NCBI GenBank assembly: GCA_020073085.1
Contig: JAIQFV010000002.1
Coordinates: 376,875 to 440,874, forward strand
Origin: Terriglobia bacterium
GTDB taxonomy: Bacteria > Acidobacteriota > Terriglobia > JAIQFV01
DNA: 64,000 nt
Direction: 5' to 3'
Position 1 is the first letter of the stretch, and each line of letters begins with the position of its first letter. The translations under genes were made by a program, and so were the position numbers. Below, in pieces: positions 19,084 to 29,943 of the stretch. A model generated the notes under the pieces. The model worked only from the letters and a program-made list of their open reading frames with translations, searched no databases and was not told where the DNA came from.

Positions 19084-19270
19084 GGTATCAGGTGTCGGGC
19101 AAGCTGTCAGCTTTCAGCTCTCAGCCATCAGCAATCAGCTTCGGACTTATTGAATGGGTGTATCCAAAGATGAATAGGCTTCTAATTTCATGAAATCCCG
19201 TCTCATTAAGCAGCAGCTCCTCTTCCTTGTGTTATCTGACAGCTGATAGCTGATCGCTGAAAGCTGGTCT
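19084..19270. repeat. bipartite intergenic element (CAGCTATCAGC flavour)
   Basis: Left arm ggtatcaggtgtcgggcaagctgtcagctttcagctctcagccatcagcaatcagc pairs with right arm gttatctgacagctgatagctgatcgctgaaagctggtc. Confidence 0.7.
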
Positions 19271-20608
19271 TCAAAAACAATCCATAAATGCGCTGACTGA
19301 AAACACGGCCTTTCCAATTCCGGGCTCACCATAGCCGGGAGGAGGCGTCAGCTTGTACTTACGCAAAATGCGGTGGTAGGTTTCCAGCAAGCGCACGTGG
19401 TACTGAAGCGGTGCGCCCTGCGGGTTTGTTTTTCCCAGCACGCTCAACGGCTCCGGACACCACGTGGTGAACCGCGGTTTGATCCCCTGAGACATGAAAA
19501 ACTCCAGTCCCTCGGCCGTCGATGCCATGGCGTCTTCAACCTCAGTGAAGCCGTGAGGCTGCGCCATTTCGATGCCGGCAACGAAGTTCGGGATCACGTG
19601 GTCGGGACCAAACACCCGGGCGGCTTCCACAATCCGGCGGTGCCACTCCTCGCGTCCCACGTACCGGCCCTTTCCCGCACAGATGATTCCGAACAACCGG
19701 TCATCCCAGATTTCATAATTGGGATGATAAATTTGCACGCCGGCATCTTTGAAACGTTTCACGTCGTCCAGGGGCAGCGCCTGCACCACCAATTTAGAGA
19801 TCCAGCGGCGCGGAAATCTTTTCTCAATGGCGAGGGGATAGCGTTCGTAAAAGTCCGCCTCCGTTTGGCCACGGAGCTTGGAGGTGATCGATCCCCCCGT
19901 CACCGTGTAAGCCCTTGCTTCCTGGTCCGTCTCGGCGATGATCTCCAGCGCTTCAAGAATCTCCTCGGGGGTTTTAACAATCTGATACGGGCGCCCGGCG
20001 GATATCTGTTGGCGATAATTTTCGTTGATGTCGCAAAACTGGCACTCTTCTTCAAATCCGAAATACTGGCACTTCCGATAGACCGTCAAATAGAGCAGAT
20101 AACCCCACTCGATATTGGGTGCTACCTCGTCGAGCGGCCGTCCGCTGGAGAGAGCGCGGTCGTAATACCGTGGCCGGGGCCGGTATTGAACCTCACAGAG
20201 AACCTCCCGGCGCGAATCCGCCATTCCATCCTCGCGCTGTCCGGCTTGAATAGTAAGGGCAAGCTTGCCGTTCGTATCAATCTCGACGCGATAGGGGGAG
20301 TGTGGATTGAGCCGCACCGACACAATCGTCTTCCGAAATCCTCTGGGTCCTTCTGTCAGGCAAATCTCTTCGGGGGCGCTCAGATCCTCACGCCGCTCGC
20401 CCATCTCTTTGATGGGAATCATGTCAAATGAAAAAATGAAGTAGGACTTCGGCTGCATCCCCGCCGCCACGCGCAGGGCATCGTCGCTGAACGACACCCC
20501 CCCGCGCAGAAGGTCCTCTTTGACGATGGCCTCCGGCGGGATCGTGGGATGGTCAGCAATAAGCTGTTCGATGAGATCTATCCTGGGGGTCTCGACTGAC
20601 TTCGTCAT
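19271..20608 (-). CDS. uncharacterised Fe-S / radical-SAM-like protein with a non-canonical cysteine cluster
   Basis: CQYFGFEEECQFC (C-x8-C-x2-C) followed by a TGGS glycine-rich segment; not the canonical CxxxCxxC; family not recognised. Confidence 0.3.
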   Translation of the reverse strand: MTKSVETPRIDLIEQLIADHPTIPPEAIVKEDLLRGGVSFSDDALRVAAGMQPKSYFIFSFDMIPIKEMGERREDLSAPEEICLTEGPRGFRKTIVSVRLNPHSPYRVEIDTNGKLALTIQAGQREDGMADSRREVLCEVQYRPRPRYYDRALSSGRPLDEVAPNIEWGYLLYLTVYRKCQYFGFEEECQFCDINENYRQQISAGRPYQIVKTPEEILEALEIIAETDQEARAYTVTGGSITSKLRGQTEADFYERYPLAIEKRFPRRWISKLVVQALPLDDVKRFKDAGVQIYHPNYEIWDDRLFGIICAGKGRYVGREEWHRRIVEAARVFGPDHVIPNFVAGIEMAQPHGFTEVEDAMASTAEGLEFFMSQGIKPRFTTWCPEPLSVLGKTNPQGAPLQYHVRLLETYHRILRKYKLTPPPGYGEPGIGKAVFSVSAFMDCF

Positions 20609-20679
20609 GCAACCATGGTCCCTTCTCTGCTTCCTGGGATGCGGAGAGAACGGCAACTCGCTAGCATATCATTGGGATC

Positions 20680-20899
20680 AGGGGGAAGGGAATAGATGAT
20701 AGGGAATAGGGAATAGGTGGAGAAGCTGGCAGCAAATAGGCGATTAGGGTTAGATAATAAGTGCCATGACCTCGTGCACGAATTCTAGTGAGACGTGGTG
20801 CAGCAACGGTCAAACCATTTGAACTCCATACCTAAAACCCATTCTCACTCACCCGTCACCTACCTGCTATTTCCTATCACCTATCATCTATTCCCTCAC
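20680..20899. repeat. bipartite intergenic element (GGGAATAGG flavour)
   Basis: Left arm gggaagggaatagatgatagggaatagggaataggtg pairs with right arm cacctacctgctatttcctatcacctatcatctattccctc. Confidence 0.75.
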
Positions 20900-23574
20900 A
20901 CCGCTCGAGCTTTTTTCGACGAGACGTCCTTCTCCGACTGGGGTTGAAACAGCATGACACCCCTTTCGAGGTCGGCATCGACCTGCAGCATGTCTCCCGT
21001 ATGGACAATCCCTTCCAGCAGCTGCATCGACAACGGATTGACGATCAGGCGCTGGATGGCCCGTTTCATGGGACGGGCCCCATACTGCGGATCAAATCCC
21101 TCGCGCAACAGCAGCTCGCGGGCAGGGTCGGTGAGGGAGATCCCGATGTTGCGTTCCGTCAGCATCCGCTCGAGGTGGAAGATCTGGAGGTCGATGATCT
21201 TCTGGATTTCGTTCCGCCCCAGCGAATGGAAAATAATGATGTCATCCACGCGATTCAGGAACTCGGGCTTGAAGTTTTCCTGCATGATCTGCATCACCTG
21301 TTCCCTCAGGCGCGACTCGATGTCGCCTGCGGAGACTCCATGTTTCCGGTCCTCTTTGTGCGAGCTGCTGAACCGCGCCTGAAATTCCTGGATCATCGAG
21401 GAGGCGAGGTTCGAGGTCATGATCAGGACGGTGTTTCTGAAATCGATCGTCCGCCCTTTGCCGTCAGTTAGTCGGCCATCATCGAGGATTTGCAGCAGCA
21501 CGTTGAACACGTCGCTGTGCGCTTTCTCAATTTCATCAAACAAAACGACGGAGTACGGGCGGCGCTTGATCGCTTCCGTCAGCTGCCCCCCTTCCTCATA
21601 TCCCACGTAGCCGGGCGGCGCCCCGATCATGCGGGACACGGAATGTTTCTCCATGTACTCGCTCATGTCGAGGCGCACCATGGCATGTTCGTCGTCGAAG
21701 AGGAATTCCGCCAGGGCGCGGGCCAACTCCGTTTTTCCCACGCCGGTCGGCCCCAGAAAAATGAAGGACCCGATGGGACGCTTGCGGTCCTGCAGCCCCG
21801 CCCGACTCCGCCGGATGGAATTGGAAACCGCCACCAGGGCTTCTTCCTGTCCGATGACCCGGGCCCGGAGGCGATCCTCCATCTTGATCAGCTTGGCCAC
21901 CTCTCCTTCGAGCATCTTGGAGACCGGGATGCCGGTCCAGCGCGAGACGACCGCCGCAATATCCTCTTCGTCCACTTCCTCCTTGAGGAAACGCCCATTC
22001 TCAGACCGGGCCAGGAGTTCGGCGTTCTGTTTCTCCAGCTCTCTTTGAGCGCCCACCAGCGCGCCGTAGCGGATTTCTGCCACCCGCTGGTAATTCCCCT
22101 CGCGTTCCGCCTTCTGCTCTTCCAGCCTGAGGCCCTCGATCTGTTCTTTCAGCTGCCGAATCCGGGCGATGTGCTCCTTCTCGGACTGCCAGCGCAGCTT
22201 CATCTGGCTGGACTTTTCCCGGAGTTCGCTGAGCGAGAGCTCGATCTTCTGCAGCCGCTCTCTGGAGGCCGGATCGTCCTCACGCTTCAACGCCTGCTTT
22301 TCGATTTCGAGCTGCATGATATCGCGTTCGAGCTGATCGATCTCCGTCGGCATCGAATCAATCTGAATCCGCAGGGAGGATGCGGCTTCGTCGACCAGAT
22401 CGATGGCCTTGTCCGGCAGAAAACGGTCGCTGATATAGCGGTTCGACAGGGTAGCCGCCGCGATGATGGCGCTGTCCTTGATTTTCACGCCATGATGAAC
22501 CTCGTAACGCTCCTTCAGTCCCCGCAGAATCGAGATCGTATCCTCGACTGTGGGCTCTCCGATATAGACCTGCTGAAAACGCCGTTCGAGGGCGGCGTCT
22601 TTCTCAATGTATTTCTTGTATTCGTTAAGGGTGGTGGCGCCAATGCAGTGCAATTCGCCGCGTGCCAGGGCCGGCTTCAACATGTTGGAGGCATCGATGG
22701 CGCCCTCGGCGGCGCCCGCGCCGACCACGGTGTGGAGTTCGTCGATGAAGAGAATCACCTGGCCCTCGGCTTCATTGATCTCCTTCAAGACGGCCTTGAG
22801 CCGGTCTTCGAACTCGCCCCGGTACTTGGCGCCTGCCACGAGCGCCCCCATGTCGAGGGCCACGATCCGCTTGTTCTTGATCGTCTCCGGGACATCTCCC
22901 GCCACAATGCGGCGGGCGAGTCCCTCCACGATGGCGGTTTTTCCGACGCCCGGCTCGCCGATCAAAACGGGATTGTTTTTCGTGCGGCGCGACAGGACCT
23001 GGACCACGCGCCGGATCTCATCATCGCGGCCGATGACGGGGTCCAGCTTTCCCTTGCGTGCCAGTTCGGTCAGATCGCGGGCGTACCGCTCCAGGGCCTG
23101 GTATTTGTCCTCGGGATTCTGATCGGTCACCCGCTGTGAACCACGGATGGTTTGAAGCACCTTGAGAATCGCATCCCGGGTGACGCCGTGCCGCTGGAGG
23201 ATCTTCTGGGCGGCGTCGTTTTTCTGGTCAGCAATGGCCAGCAGCAAGTGTTCTGTGGAAACATACTCGTCCTTGAACTGATCGGCTTCCTTGAATGCCT
23301 TTTCAAACACCTGGTTGAGCGTGGGGGCGATGAATTGCTCGAAGCCGCTCGTGACCTTGGGCAGGCGCGACAGTTCGGTCTCCACCTCGCCCAGCACAGC
23401 GTTGGTCGAGACCCCGAGCTTCTGCAGCGCCGGCACCACCACGCCTTCGGGCTGCAGCAGAAGCGACATCAGCAGATGGATTGGCTCCAACTGCTGATGG
23501 CCTTGCTTGGAGGCCACGTCCTGCGCCGCCTGAACGGCTTCCTGACCTTTCAATGTGAATTTATCGAATCGCAT
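20896..23574 (-). CDS. clpB: ATP-dependent chaperone ClpB
   Basis: Two AAA+ modules with Walker A motifs ([16 protein letters not shown]), coiled-coil middle domain, Clp N-terminal domain. Confidence 0.95.
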   Translation of the reverse strand: MRFDKFTLKGQEAVQAAQDVASKQGHQQLEPIHLLMSLLLQPEGVVVPALQKLGVSTNAVLGEVETELSRLPKVTSGFEQFIAPTLNQVFEKAFKEADQFKDEYVSTEHLLLAIADQKNDAAQKILQRHGVTRDAILKVLQTIRGSQRVTDQNPEDKYQALERYARDLTELARKGKLDPVIGRDDEIRRVVQVLSRRTKNNPVLIGEPGVGKTAIVEGLARRIVAGDVPETIKNKRIVALDMGALVAGAKYRGEFEDRLKAVLKEINEAEGQVILFIDELHTVVGAGAAEGAIDASNMLKPALARGELHCIGATTLNEYKKYIEKDAALERRFQQVYIGEPTVEDTISILRGLKERYEVHHGVKIKDSAIIAAATLSNRYISDRFLPDKAIDLVDEAASSLRIQIDSMPTEIDQLERDIMQLEIEKQALKREDDPASRERLQKIELSLSELREKSSQMKLRWQSEKEHIARIRQLKEQIEGLRLEEQKAEREGNYQRVAEIRYGALVGAQRELEKQNAELLARSENGRFLKEEVDEEDIAAVVSRWTGIPVSKMLEGEVAKLIKMEDRLRARVIGQEEALVAVSNSIRRSRAGLQDRKRPIGSFIFLGPTGVGKTELARALAEFLFDDEHAMVRLDMSEYMEKHSVSRMIGAPPGYVGYEEGGQLTEAIKRRPYSVVLFDEIEKAHSDVFNVLLQILDDGRLTDGKGRTIDFRNTVLIMTSNLASSMIQEFQARFSSSHKEDRKHGVSAGDIESRLREQVMQIMQENFKPEFLNRVDDIIIFHSLGRNEIQKIIDLQIFHLERMLTERNIGISLTDPARELLLREGFDPQYGARPMKRAIQRLIVNPLSMQLLEGIVHTGDMLQVDADLERGVMLFQPQSEKDVSSKKARAV

Positions 23575-23709
23575 AAGTAAATAGAGTCAACGAATAGTAT
23601 AGGAGAAAACTTGTGGCTTTCCCCTCTCCTTTTCATGCAAGATCAACTCGGCTCCCCGGAGGCGGGTGTCCCCGCCCGAGGGTCAATCCCGGGCCTGCTG
23701 GCCGGAGGA

Positions 23710-24159
23710 TCAGCTGATGTTCACCTTGATTTGTTTTGACTTGGTCTCCACCTTCTTCGGCAAAGTGATTTTCAAGACCCCATCTTTGTACTCGGCACTG
23801 ATTTTGTCTTGGTCGACCGAAGTGGGGAGAGTGAAGGATCGCGAAAAGGCCCCGTAGGCCCGCTCCACGCGATGGTAGTTTTCCTCCTGGGTTTCCTTTT
23901 CGAACTTGCGCTCCCCTTTCAGGGTCAGGGTGTTGTTCACCAGCCGGATGTCAAGGTCCTTCTCCTTCATTTCGGGCAGTTCCGCCTTCACCACGATGTC
24001 GTGGTCGGTTTCGTAAATGTCCACCGCCGGCGACCAGGCCCCCGAATCCATGGATTCATTCCCGGTCCGCAGCCGGCCAAACCGCTCATCCAACAATCGA
24101 TTCATACGGTCCTGCAACGTAATCAGGTCGCGAAACGGTTCACACCGGACGATTGCCAT
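23710..24159 (-). CDS. small heat-shock protein, Hsp20/alpha-crystallin family
   Basis: Alpha-crystallin domain (AVDIYETDHDIVVKAELPEM...GVLKITLPK); AAGGGAGG ribosome-binding site. Confidence 0.9.
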   Translation of the reverse strand: MAIVRCEPFRDLITLQDRMNRLLDERFGRLRTGNESMDSGAWSPAVDIYETDHDIVVKAELPEMKEKDLDIRLVNNTLTLKGERKFEKETQEENYHRVERAYGAFSRSFTLPTSVDQDKISAEYKDGVLKITLPKKVETKSKQIKVNIS

Positions 24160-24199
24160 GATGACCTCCCTTGTCGCCCAATACCTGCCGTGCAATCCG

Positions 24200-24228
24200 A
24201 TACTAAGATTCGGGTTTTGTGCTGTCAA
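24200..24228 (-). promoter_or_regulatory. sigma70-like promoter for the Hsp20 gene (TTGACA-N17-TAGTAT)
   Basis: On the minus strand, TTGACA at 24223-24228 and TAGTAT at 24200-24205 with a 17 nt spacer, about 40 nt upstream of the start codon. Confidence 0.4.
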
Positions 24229-24236
24229 GGGAAGCG

Positions 24237-24440
24237 AAGAGTTGTCAGTTCTCAGTTGTCGGTTCTCAGAATGCAGTAGCTAGTTCTAAGCCCTCATTTA
24301 CTGATCGGCGGGGAGAGTGAGGCACAATATCGCCAAGGTCAAGGGCTCATCGGTTACAACCAAATCTCTTGTCCTGGCCTTTGCTGACAACTGGGAACTG
24401 ACAACTGAGAACTGCTTTCCGGCAACTGAGGACTGACAAC
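24237..24440. repeat. bipartite intergenic element (CAGTTGTCAG flavour)
   Basis: Left arm gttgtcagttctcagttgtcggttctcag pairs with right arm ctgacaactgggaactgacaactgagaactg...gactgacaac; lies between the rlmI-like stop and the Hsp20 promoter. Confidence 0.75.
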
Positions 24441-24441
24441 T

Positions 24442-25626
24442 TCACTCCACCGCCTGCAGGACCACGCACTTGAGATACAGCGTTTCCGGCATGGACAGAA
24501 GAAACGGATGATCGCTGGACTGGGTTCGTTTTTCAATCACAGCAAAATGGCGGTGCGCGTCGGCGGCGGCTTCTGCGAGTAAGTTGAGGAAGTCAATTTC
24601 GGAAACATGTTGGGAGCAGGAGCAGGAAATGAGAATCCCGCCAGGGGCCAGCATTTTCATGGCGCGAAGGTTGATTTCTTTGTAACCGCGCCGCGCGTTT
24701 TCGAGATTCGTTCGCTTCTTTGCAAAGGCGGGGGGATCGAGGACAATCGTGTCAAATCTTGCCTTCATGGTATCGAGGGCCTTTAATTCGTCAAAGACAT
24801 TGGCTTCCTTGAATTGCACGTTCTTCACCTCGTTGAGCTGGGCGTTGCGCTCACCCAGGTCCACGGCGGAGGCCGAGCTGTCGATGGCCAGGACATGTTC
24901 TGAGCGAGCAGCGATGTTCAAGGCAAATCCGCCCGCGTAGGAAAAGCAGTCCAGGGCGACCCCGCGAGCATATCCCCTTGCCATCAGATGATTTTCACGC
25001 TGATCGAGAAAGGATCCGGTTTTCTGCCCCTCAAGAAGCCGGGCGATGAACCGGATGCCATTTTCCCGGTAAATGATCTCTTCGGGCACCTCTCCATCGA
25101 CGAGACCGCATTTCAGGTCCAGGCCTTCCAGTTCGCGAATGCCGGCGTCGTTGCGTTCCACGATCGCCCGGGGATGGAACTCTTCCTTCAGAATCCGGAT
25201 GATCCACGGCTTGACCTTGTCGGCACCCTGGCTGAGCGTCTGGAAGACCAGGATATCGACAAACCGATCAATGATGATTGAGGGCAGCCCATCGCCTTCC
25301 GCGTTCACCAGCCGGTAGGCTTCAGTCTCCTGCAAGGAGGATTCCCGGCGGTGCACTGCGGCCAGAATTCTCTTCCGGAAAAACGCCTCATCCACGACCT
25401 CGGTCTCGCGCGCCGTCAAGAGACGCAAGGCGATTTGTGATGTTGAGCTGTAAAAGGCACGACCTAAGAACCGGCCACGGAAGTCCCAGACTTCAACCGT
25501 CATCCCCGGTTCCACACTCTCCGGACGCTCGAGGTCGCTCTTGTAAATCCAGAGATGGCCCGCCTCGACGCGCGCCGCAGCCTTGTGGTTGACTCGGATG
25601 GTGGCCGATGGAGTGGTATTCGACAT
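24442..25626 (-). CDS. rlmI: 23S rRNA (cytosine-C5) methyltransferase, RlmI-like (PUA domain plus class I methyltransferase)
   Basis: N-terminal PUA-like region, SAM-binding motif (VLDCFSYAGGFAL) and conserved catalytic Cys region (ILISCSCSQH). Confidence 0.75.
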   Translation of the reverse strand: MSNTTPSATIRVNHKAAARVEAGHLWIYKSDLERPESVEPGMTVEVWDFRGRFLGRAFYSSTSQIALRLLTARETEVVDEAFFRKRILAAVHRRESSLQETEAYRLVNAEGDGLPSIIIDRFVDILVFQTLSQGADKVKPWIIRILKEEFHPRAIVERNDAGIRELEGLDLKCGLVDGEVPEEIIYRENGIRFIARLLEGQKTGSFLDQRENHLMARGYARGVALDCFSYAGGFALNIAARSEHVLAIDSSASAVDLGERNAQLNEVKNVQFKEANVFDELKALDTMKARFDTIVLDPPAFAKKRTNLENARRGYKEINLRAMKMLAPGGILISCSCSQHVSEIDFLNLLAEAAADAHRHFAVIEKRTQSSDHPFLLSMPETLYLKCVVLQAVE

Positions 25627-26275
25627 TTTTCCCTACTTTATCACACAACCGGGAAGTCTCCATGTCTCGCGGAGCATCGTTAGCGTCTCCGGTGTTTGTC
25701 GGTATCACTGAGGGCCTCGACGCGGTGGGTGCTCAAGCCTCCACTTCTCTCTGGGGCGCCTGCCGGTTTCATGGAGATGAAAGCATACCACGGTTTTCTC
25801 AGGTCTGGCCGGCAGGTGTGGGGCCGAAGCCGATCGGGTCATTGCACGGTCTGGTGGAAATAATCCTTAAATTTGGTTTTCACGGAAAGCGGTTGCGAAG
25901 AACTTCTGAAGTCACAGGGAATAAAAAAGCGCTCGCGTGGTCTTATAGATAGTGGCCGATCGAAGGGTTTAATAAAAAAAGTTTATTTGAAGGGAGTCTA
26001 ATAATCGTTCGGCGGCATCAAAGTATATGCTAGTATGAATCAAGATTAAGCGATGAATGCCAATTGTGGCAGAGTTCGTGGCTTGGGAGGGCCGGGAATA
26101 GCACGAGGATGAGCAGGGCAAATCTGCCCCGACGTTCCGTGCCACTTCATACATCCCGGGGATCCATTACGGTCCAGCTCCTGCATCTGATACTGGTTTT
26201 TTGCCCGCGATTCCAGACTAGCTTTCGAGTGCTTGCGCTGTCTATTTTGGTTTTGTTCGAAAGGGGGACCGAAAC

Positions 26276-26542
26276 ATGAACAAAAGGATGACGCAGCCGT
26301 TCTGGTATAAGACCTCGACGGGAAGGTATGTGGCGAGGGACAATCGGGCCCGCCTGGACGCCTCAACCGTAGCGCTTGTCCGGGACCTGTTGAAAGAAGA
26401 CCGGGAACTTGAACCCGCCCGGCCACCGGCGCAAAAAAGTGATCCGACCATTCCACTCGGAATTGCCGAATCGCCGCTTCCTTTTGAAGCCGTCCACCAG
26501 TGGGTGACCTGGGCAATCCGGGGAAATAATCACAGCCATTGA
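26276..26542 (+). CDS. hypothetical small protein
   Basis: 88-codon ORF with AAGGGGGA ribosome-binding site 8 nt upstream; no family recognised. Confidence 0.25.
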   Translation: MNKRMTQPFWYKTSTGRYVARDNRARLDASTVALVRDLLKEDRELEPARPPAQKSDPTIPLGIAESPLPFEAVHQWVTWAIRGNNHSH

Positions 26543-26917
26543 TCAACTGTAACCGTCGCACCTCATTCCGGGGCCGGACGACTCTCGGGTCATCGGGATG
26601 CCCGCGCTGGTATCGGGGTGTGGAAGAATTGAAGATGACCGTATCCACCCGGCACGCCATCAGCGGCAGAGGGATGACCCTGCCTGTTGGCTTGGCTTTC
26701 CCCGCCCAGAGTCCTTCCATCCTCGATTCATCTGTTGGCCCGGTGCCCCCTGACAGGGAGCGGACGGAAAAGAATTGGTAGAACGATGAAATCCTGCCCT
26801 TAGATCCCTCGCTTGATTTGCCTCATCGGAGAATGATAGATTAAATGGACTCTTCACCCAATCGAAGAATCTGTTTGGATTGACTCACCTCACTGCCAGA
26901 GAGCGTCCGGGTTTCCT

Positions 26918-27832
26918 ATGAAGAAGGAGGCTTCATCGCACCCACGGCCTATCGCTGATGGAGTTCCTTCCTCGAACCAGCAATTCAGACTGCGCGATGG
27001 AAGGGTGTTGGGATTTGCGGAGTTCGGCGACCCGCGGGGCAAGCCTGTTTTCTATTTTCATGGGTTCCCCGGCTCGCGTCTTGAAGCGCAGGTCGCTGCC
27101 GATCTTGCCTCCCGGCACATGGCACGCCTCATTGCGGTGGATCGCCCGGGGTACGGTCTTTCGGATTTCAAGCCCGATCGCTTGATCGGGGAGTGGCCGG
27201 CGGACGTCCTTGAATTCGCAGACTCGCTCCGGCTGGGCCGGTTTATCGTCCTCGGACTCTCGGGGGGAGGCCCTTACGCCGCGGCCTGTGCCTTGAAGAT
27301 CCCCGACCGCCTGATTTCTGTCGGCATCGTCAGCGGCATGGGGCCGCCCGAAGCCCTGGCGCAATCAGGCTCGATGACGTGGATGAATCGCGCCGCCCTC
27401 TTCCTCGCGCGGCGCATACCGGTTCTCGTGGATTGGGCTTGTGCAGGATTTGCAAGGTCCATCCGCCGCCGGCCCGACCGCGTGATCTCCCGTCTGAGGC
27501 GCCTGGTATCCCCGGTCGACAGGGAAGTCCTCAACCGAAAGGAATTTCAGGAGACCCTCTGCCGTTCATTTCGGGAGGCCGTGCGCCTTGACTCTCGAGG
27601 ACCCGCGAGGGATTTGTTTCTTTATGCGCGACCGTGGGATTTTCGACTTCAGGATATTAAGATGCCGGTGCATCTATGGCACGGTGAACTTGACAGGATC
27701 GTTCCGCCCTCCCTGGGCCGGTTCCAGCAGGGCGCAATCCCCAATTGCCGGGCAACCTATTACGGGCAGGAGGGACACTTTTCCCTGATTATGAATCACA
27801 TGAAAGATATTTTCGACACCCTGACCGCCTAA
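26918..27832 (+). CDS. alpha/beta-hydrolase fold protein
   Basis: HGFPGS oxyanion region and nucleophile-elbow-like GLSGGG motif. Confidence 0.75.
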   Translation: MKKEASSHPRPIADGVPSSNQQFRLRDGRVLGFAEFGDPRGKPVFYFHGFPGSRLEAQVAADLASRHMARLIAVDRPGYGLSDFKPDRLIGEWPADVLEFADSLRLGRFIVLGLSGGGPYAAACALKIPDRLISVGIVSGMGPPEALAQSGSMTWMNRAALFLARRIPVLVDWACAGFARSIRRRPDRVISRLRRLVSPVDREVLNRKEFQETLCRSFREAVRLDSRGPARDLFLYARPWDFRLQDIKMPVHLWHGELDRIVPPSLGRFQQGAIPNCRATYYGQEGHFSLIMNHMKDIFDTLTA

Positions 27833-27956
27833 TTGGACTCTGGGCGCGTTCGTGCTAAATAAGGTCGGCACGGGCGGAGGCACCCCAAAGCGGGGATCAT
27901 CCGTTTTCCAGTCTGCTTCCTGAATTCCACTCATACCGATACCGAGGAGAGGTCCG

Positions 27957-28499
27957 ATGGGTCTCACAAGTGAGTTTGTCGATTCGTTGAACAAAGCAAG
28001 CGGGGCAATCATCGCCATGGCCACGGCCACTTCAGCGGCGGCGACGGTCGCTCTGATCTACTGGACCATCAAATACGTTCGTTTGACTCGCCATCTGGTC
28101 GCCTCAACGGCCGAGCATGTGCAACACACGATTCGGGAGCAAAAGGAGAAGCTCGATGCCAACCGGCAGGGCCTGCATGAACTGACAAAGATCATTCTGA
28201 TTACGCTGAACAAATTGCCCACTTCCAGCGAGAGGGTGGTCGACATGATGGGGGTGACCCTGTGGACCGAAGGGGATCTGCTGGATATGAGGCATTTGGC
28301 CCGCGGTCTGAGTGGCAAGGTGATTGGAAATGTTTTCTGGGCGATCTACCACTTGAATGGCATTGGGGAATGGGTGCGTCAGGTCCAGCAGGATCATCCC
28401 GAAAAGGAGAAGGACCTGACCCGGTTTGCCTGGGAGGACTACGTCGGGACTCTCCAGCAGGCTAAGCAGGAATTGAGTCACCTGCTCGAACTGTTGTAG
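27957..28499 (+). CDS. hypothetical membrane-associated protein
   Basis: One N-terminal TM segment (AIIAMATATSAAATVALIYWTI); GAGGAG ribosome-binding site. Confidence 0.4.
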   Translation: MGLTSEFVDSLNKASGAIIAMATATSAAATVALIYWTIKYVRLTRHLVASTAEHVQHTIREQKEKLDANRQGLHELTKIILITLNKLPTSSERVVDMMGVTLWTEGDLLDMRHLARGLSGKVIGNVFWAIYHLNGIGEWVRQVQQDHPEKEKDLTRFAWEDYVGTLQQAKQELSHLLELL

Positions 28500-28513
28500 C
28501 GATTCTAATCAAG

Positions 28514-29581
28514 ATGAAAGTCGCCGATTTTGATTTCGAACTGCCCCAGGATCTGATCGCGCAATATCCGCTGCCGGAACGCGACCAGGCTCGGTTGATG
28601 GTGGTGGACCGCAAGAGCGGACAAATCTCCCACCACTATTTTCACGAATTGAGCGAGTTTGTTTCGGCGGGAGATCTCCTGGTATTGAACAACACCAAGG
28701 TGTTGCGGGCGCGATTGTTTGGCCATCGTTTGGGGACCACGGCAGACCCCCACACCCGCAAATCCAGCATCCGGTCGCCGATTGAAGTATTGCTGGTCAA
28801 AGAAATTCAACCCTTCCTTTGGGAAGTCCTGGTAAGACCGGGAAGAAAAATGCGGGTGGGCGAAGTTGCGGTGTTTGGAGATGGAGAACTACGGGGAGAA
28901 GTCGAATCCCGCAGTGAATTCGGGTTGAGATCGATGCGCTTTGAGTGCGCCGGGGATCTGATAGAGACCATTCAGTCTTTGGGACATGTCCCTCTCCCCC
29001 CGTACATCCGGCGAAAGGATGTTCCAGCTGATGCGGCTGACTATCAGACCGTCTATGCGCGTCAGGTCGGGGCGGTGGCCGCCCCTACAGCGGGATTGCA
29101 TTTTACGGAAAACCTGTTGAACCGGCTTCAGGCGAAGGGCGTTGGACGGTGTGAAATTACTCTTCACGTCGGCCTCGGAACGTTCCGGCCGATCCACGTG
29201 GAAGAGGTGGAACAGCACCTCATGCATAGCGAGCGCTATGAAATCCCCGCAGTCGCGGCCAAGAAGATCAGCAATGCCCGGCGAGATGGCGGTCGCATCG
29301 TTGCCGTGGGAACCACAGCGGTCCGTACCCTGGAACATGTGGCCCGCGAAGCGCGCGGAGACATTCCAGAGAGCCGCGGAGAGACCGATCTCTTCATCTA
29401 CCCGGGTTTTCGATTTGAGGTGATCAGCGCCCTGATCACCAATTTCCACTTGCCGCGCTCCACGTTGTTGATGCTTGTTGCCGCCTTTGCCGGGCAGGAT
29501 CTGATCTTGAAGTCGTATCGTTGTGCGATCCAGGAACGGTACCGGTTCTTCAGCTATGGCGACGCCATGCTGATCCTCTGA
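28514..29581 (+). CDS. queA: S-adenosylmethionine:tRNA ribosyltransferase-isomerase QueA
   Basis: Characteristic QueA N-terminus (FDFELPQDLIAQYPL) and overall length and conservation. Confidence 0.9.
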   Translation: MKVADFDFELPQDLIAQYPLPERDQARLMVVDRKSGQISHHYFHELSEFVSAGDLLVLNNTKVLRARLFGHRLGTTADPHTRKSSIRSPIEVLLVKEIQPFLWEVLVRPGRKMRVGEVAVFGDGELRGEVESRSEFGLRSMRFECAGDLIETIQSLGHVPLPPYIRRKDVPADAADYQTVYARQVGAVAAPTAGLHFTENLLNRLQAKGVGRCEITLHVGLGTFRPIHVEEVEQHLMHSERYEIPAVAAKKISNARRDGGRIVAVGTTAVRTLEHVAREARGDIPESRGETDLFIYPGFRFEVISALITNFHLPRSTLLMLVAAFAGQDLILKSYRCAIQERYRFFSYGDAMLIL

Positions 29582-29882
29582 AACGAAGGGATTCAAGTTA
29601 TATCAGCTGCAAATCGGCCGCGCCGGCGCCGAGATCAGACCTTACCCGGTCGCCAGGAAGCCGGAGGATGCGTCAGCGGGGAAAACTCCGCCGCGGCGGG
29701 ATCATCAGGTTCCCTTCGGAATGCGGGTTTGTAACTTCCTGTGTTCCTGGTCGCCTAATCCAGGGTTTGTCTTTGCCATGATCGGCACAAGTTTTGTTGA
29801 TACGGGGTTACTGGGAGACCTTTACACGGCCTTTGTGGCGAATTTGGAAGATGTTTCACAAGGGTACCGCGCCGTTTTTCCC

Positions 29883-29909
29883 TTGACAAGGCCCTCCACG
29901 GGGTATAAA
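29883..29909 (+). promoter_or_regulatory. sigma70-like promoter upstream of nrdJ (TTGACA-N15-TATAAA)
   Basis: TTGACA at 29883-29888, TATAAA at 29904-29909; the 15 nt spacer is shorter than optimal. Confidence 0.35.
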
Positions 29910-29943
29910 ACAACCCAGCATCTAGTGTTCCAGAGCGGCAAGC

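Noticed and set aside
21490-23139. Long antisense ORFs inside real genes (549 aa opposite clpB; 6324-7304 opposite the amidase; 11824-12501 opposite glpX; 37440-38552 opposite the dehydrogenase)
   Set aside because: Typical GC-rich antisense open frames; translations are low-complexity (Arg/Gly/Pro-rich) while the opposite strand has strong family motifs.
23575-23709. Heat-shock control element (CIRCE or sigma-32 promoter) upstream of clpB
   Set aside because: No TTAGCACTC-N9-GAGTGCTAA element and no convincing CTTGAAA...CCCCAT promoter; only a GC hairpin (GGCGGG-tgtc-CCCGCC) that more likely ends the Hsp20 transcript.
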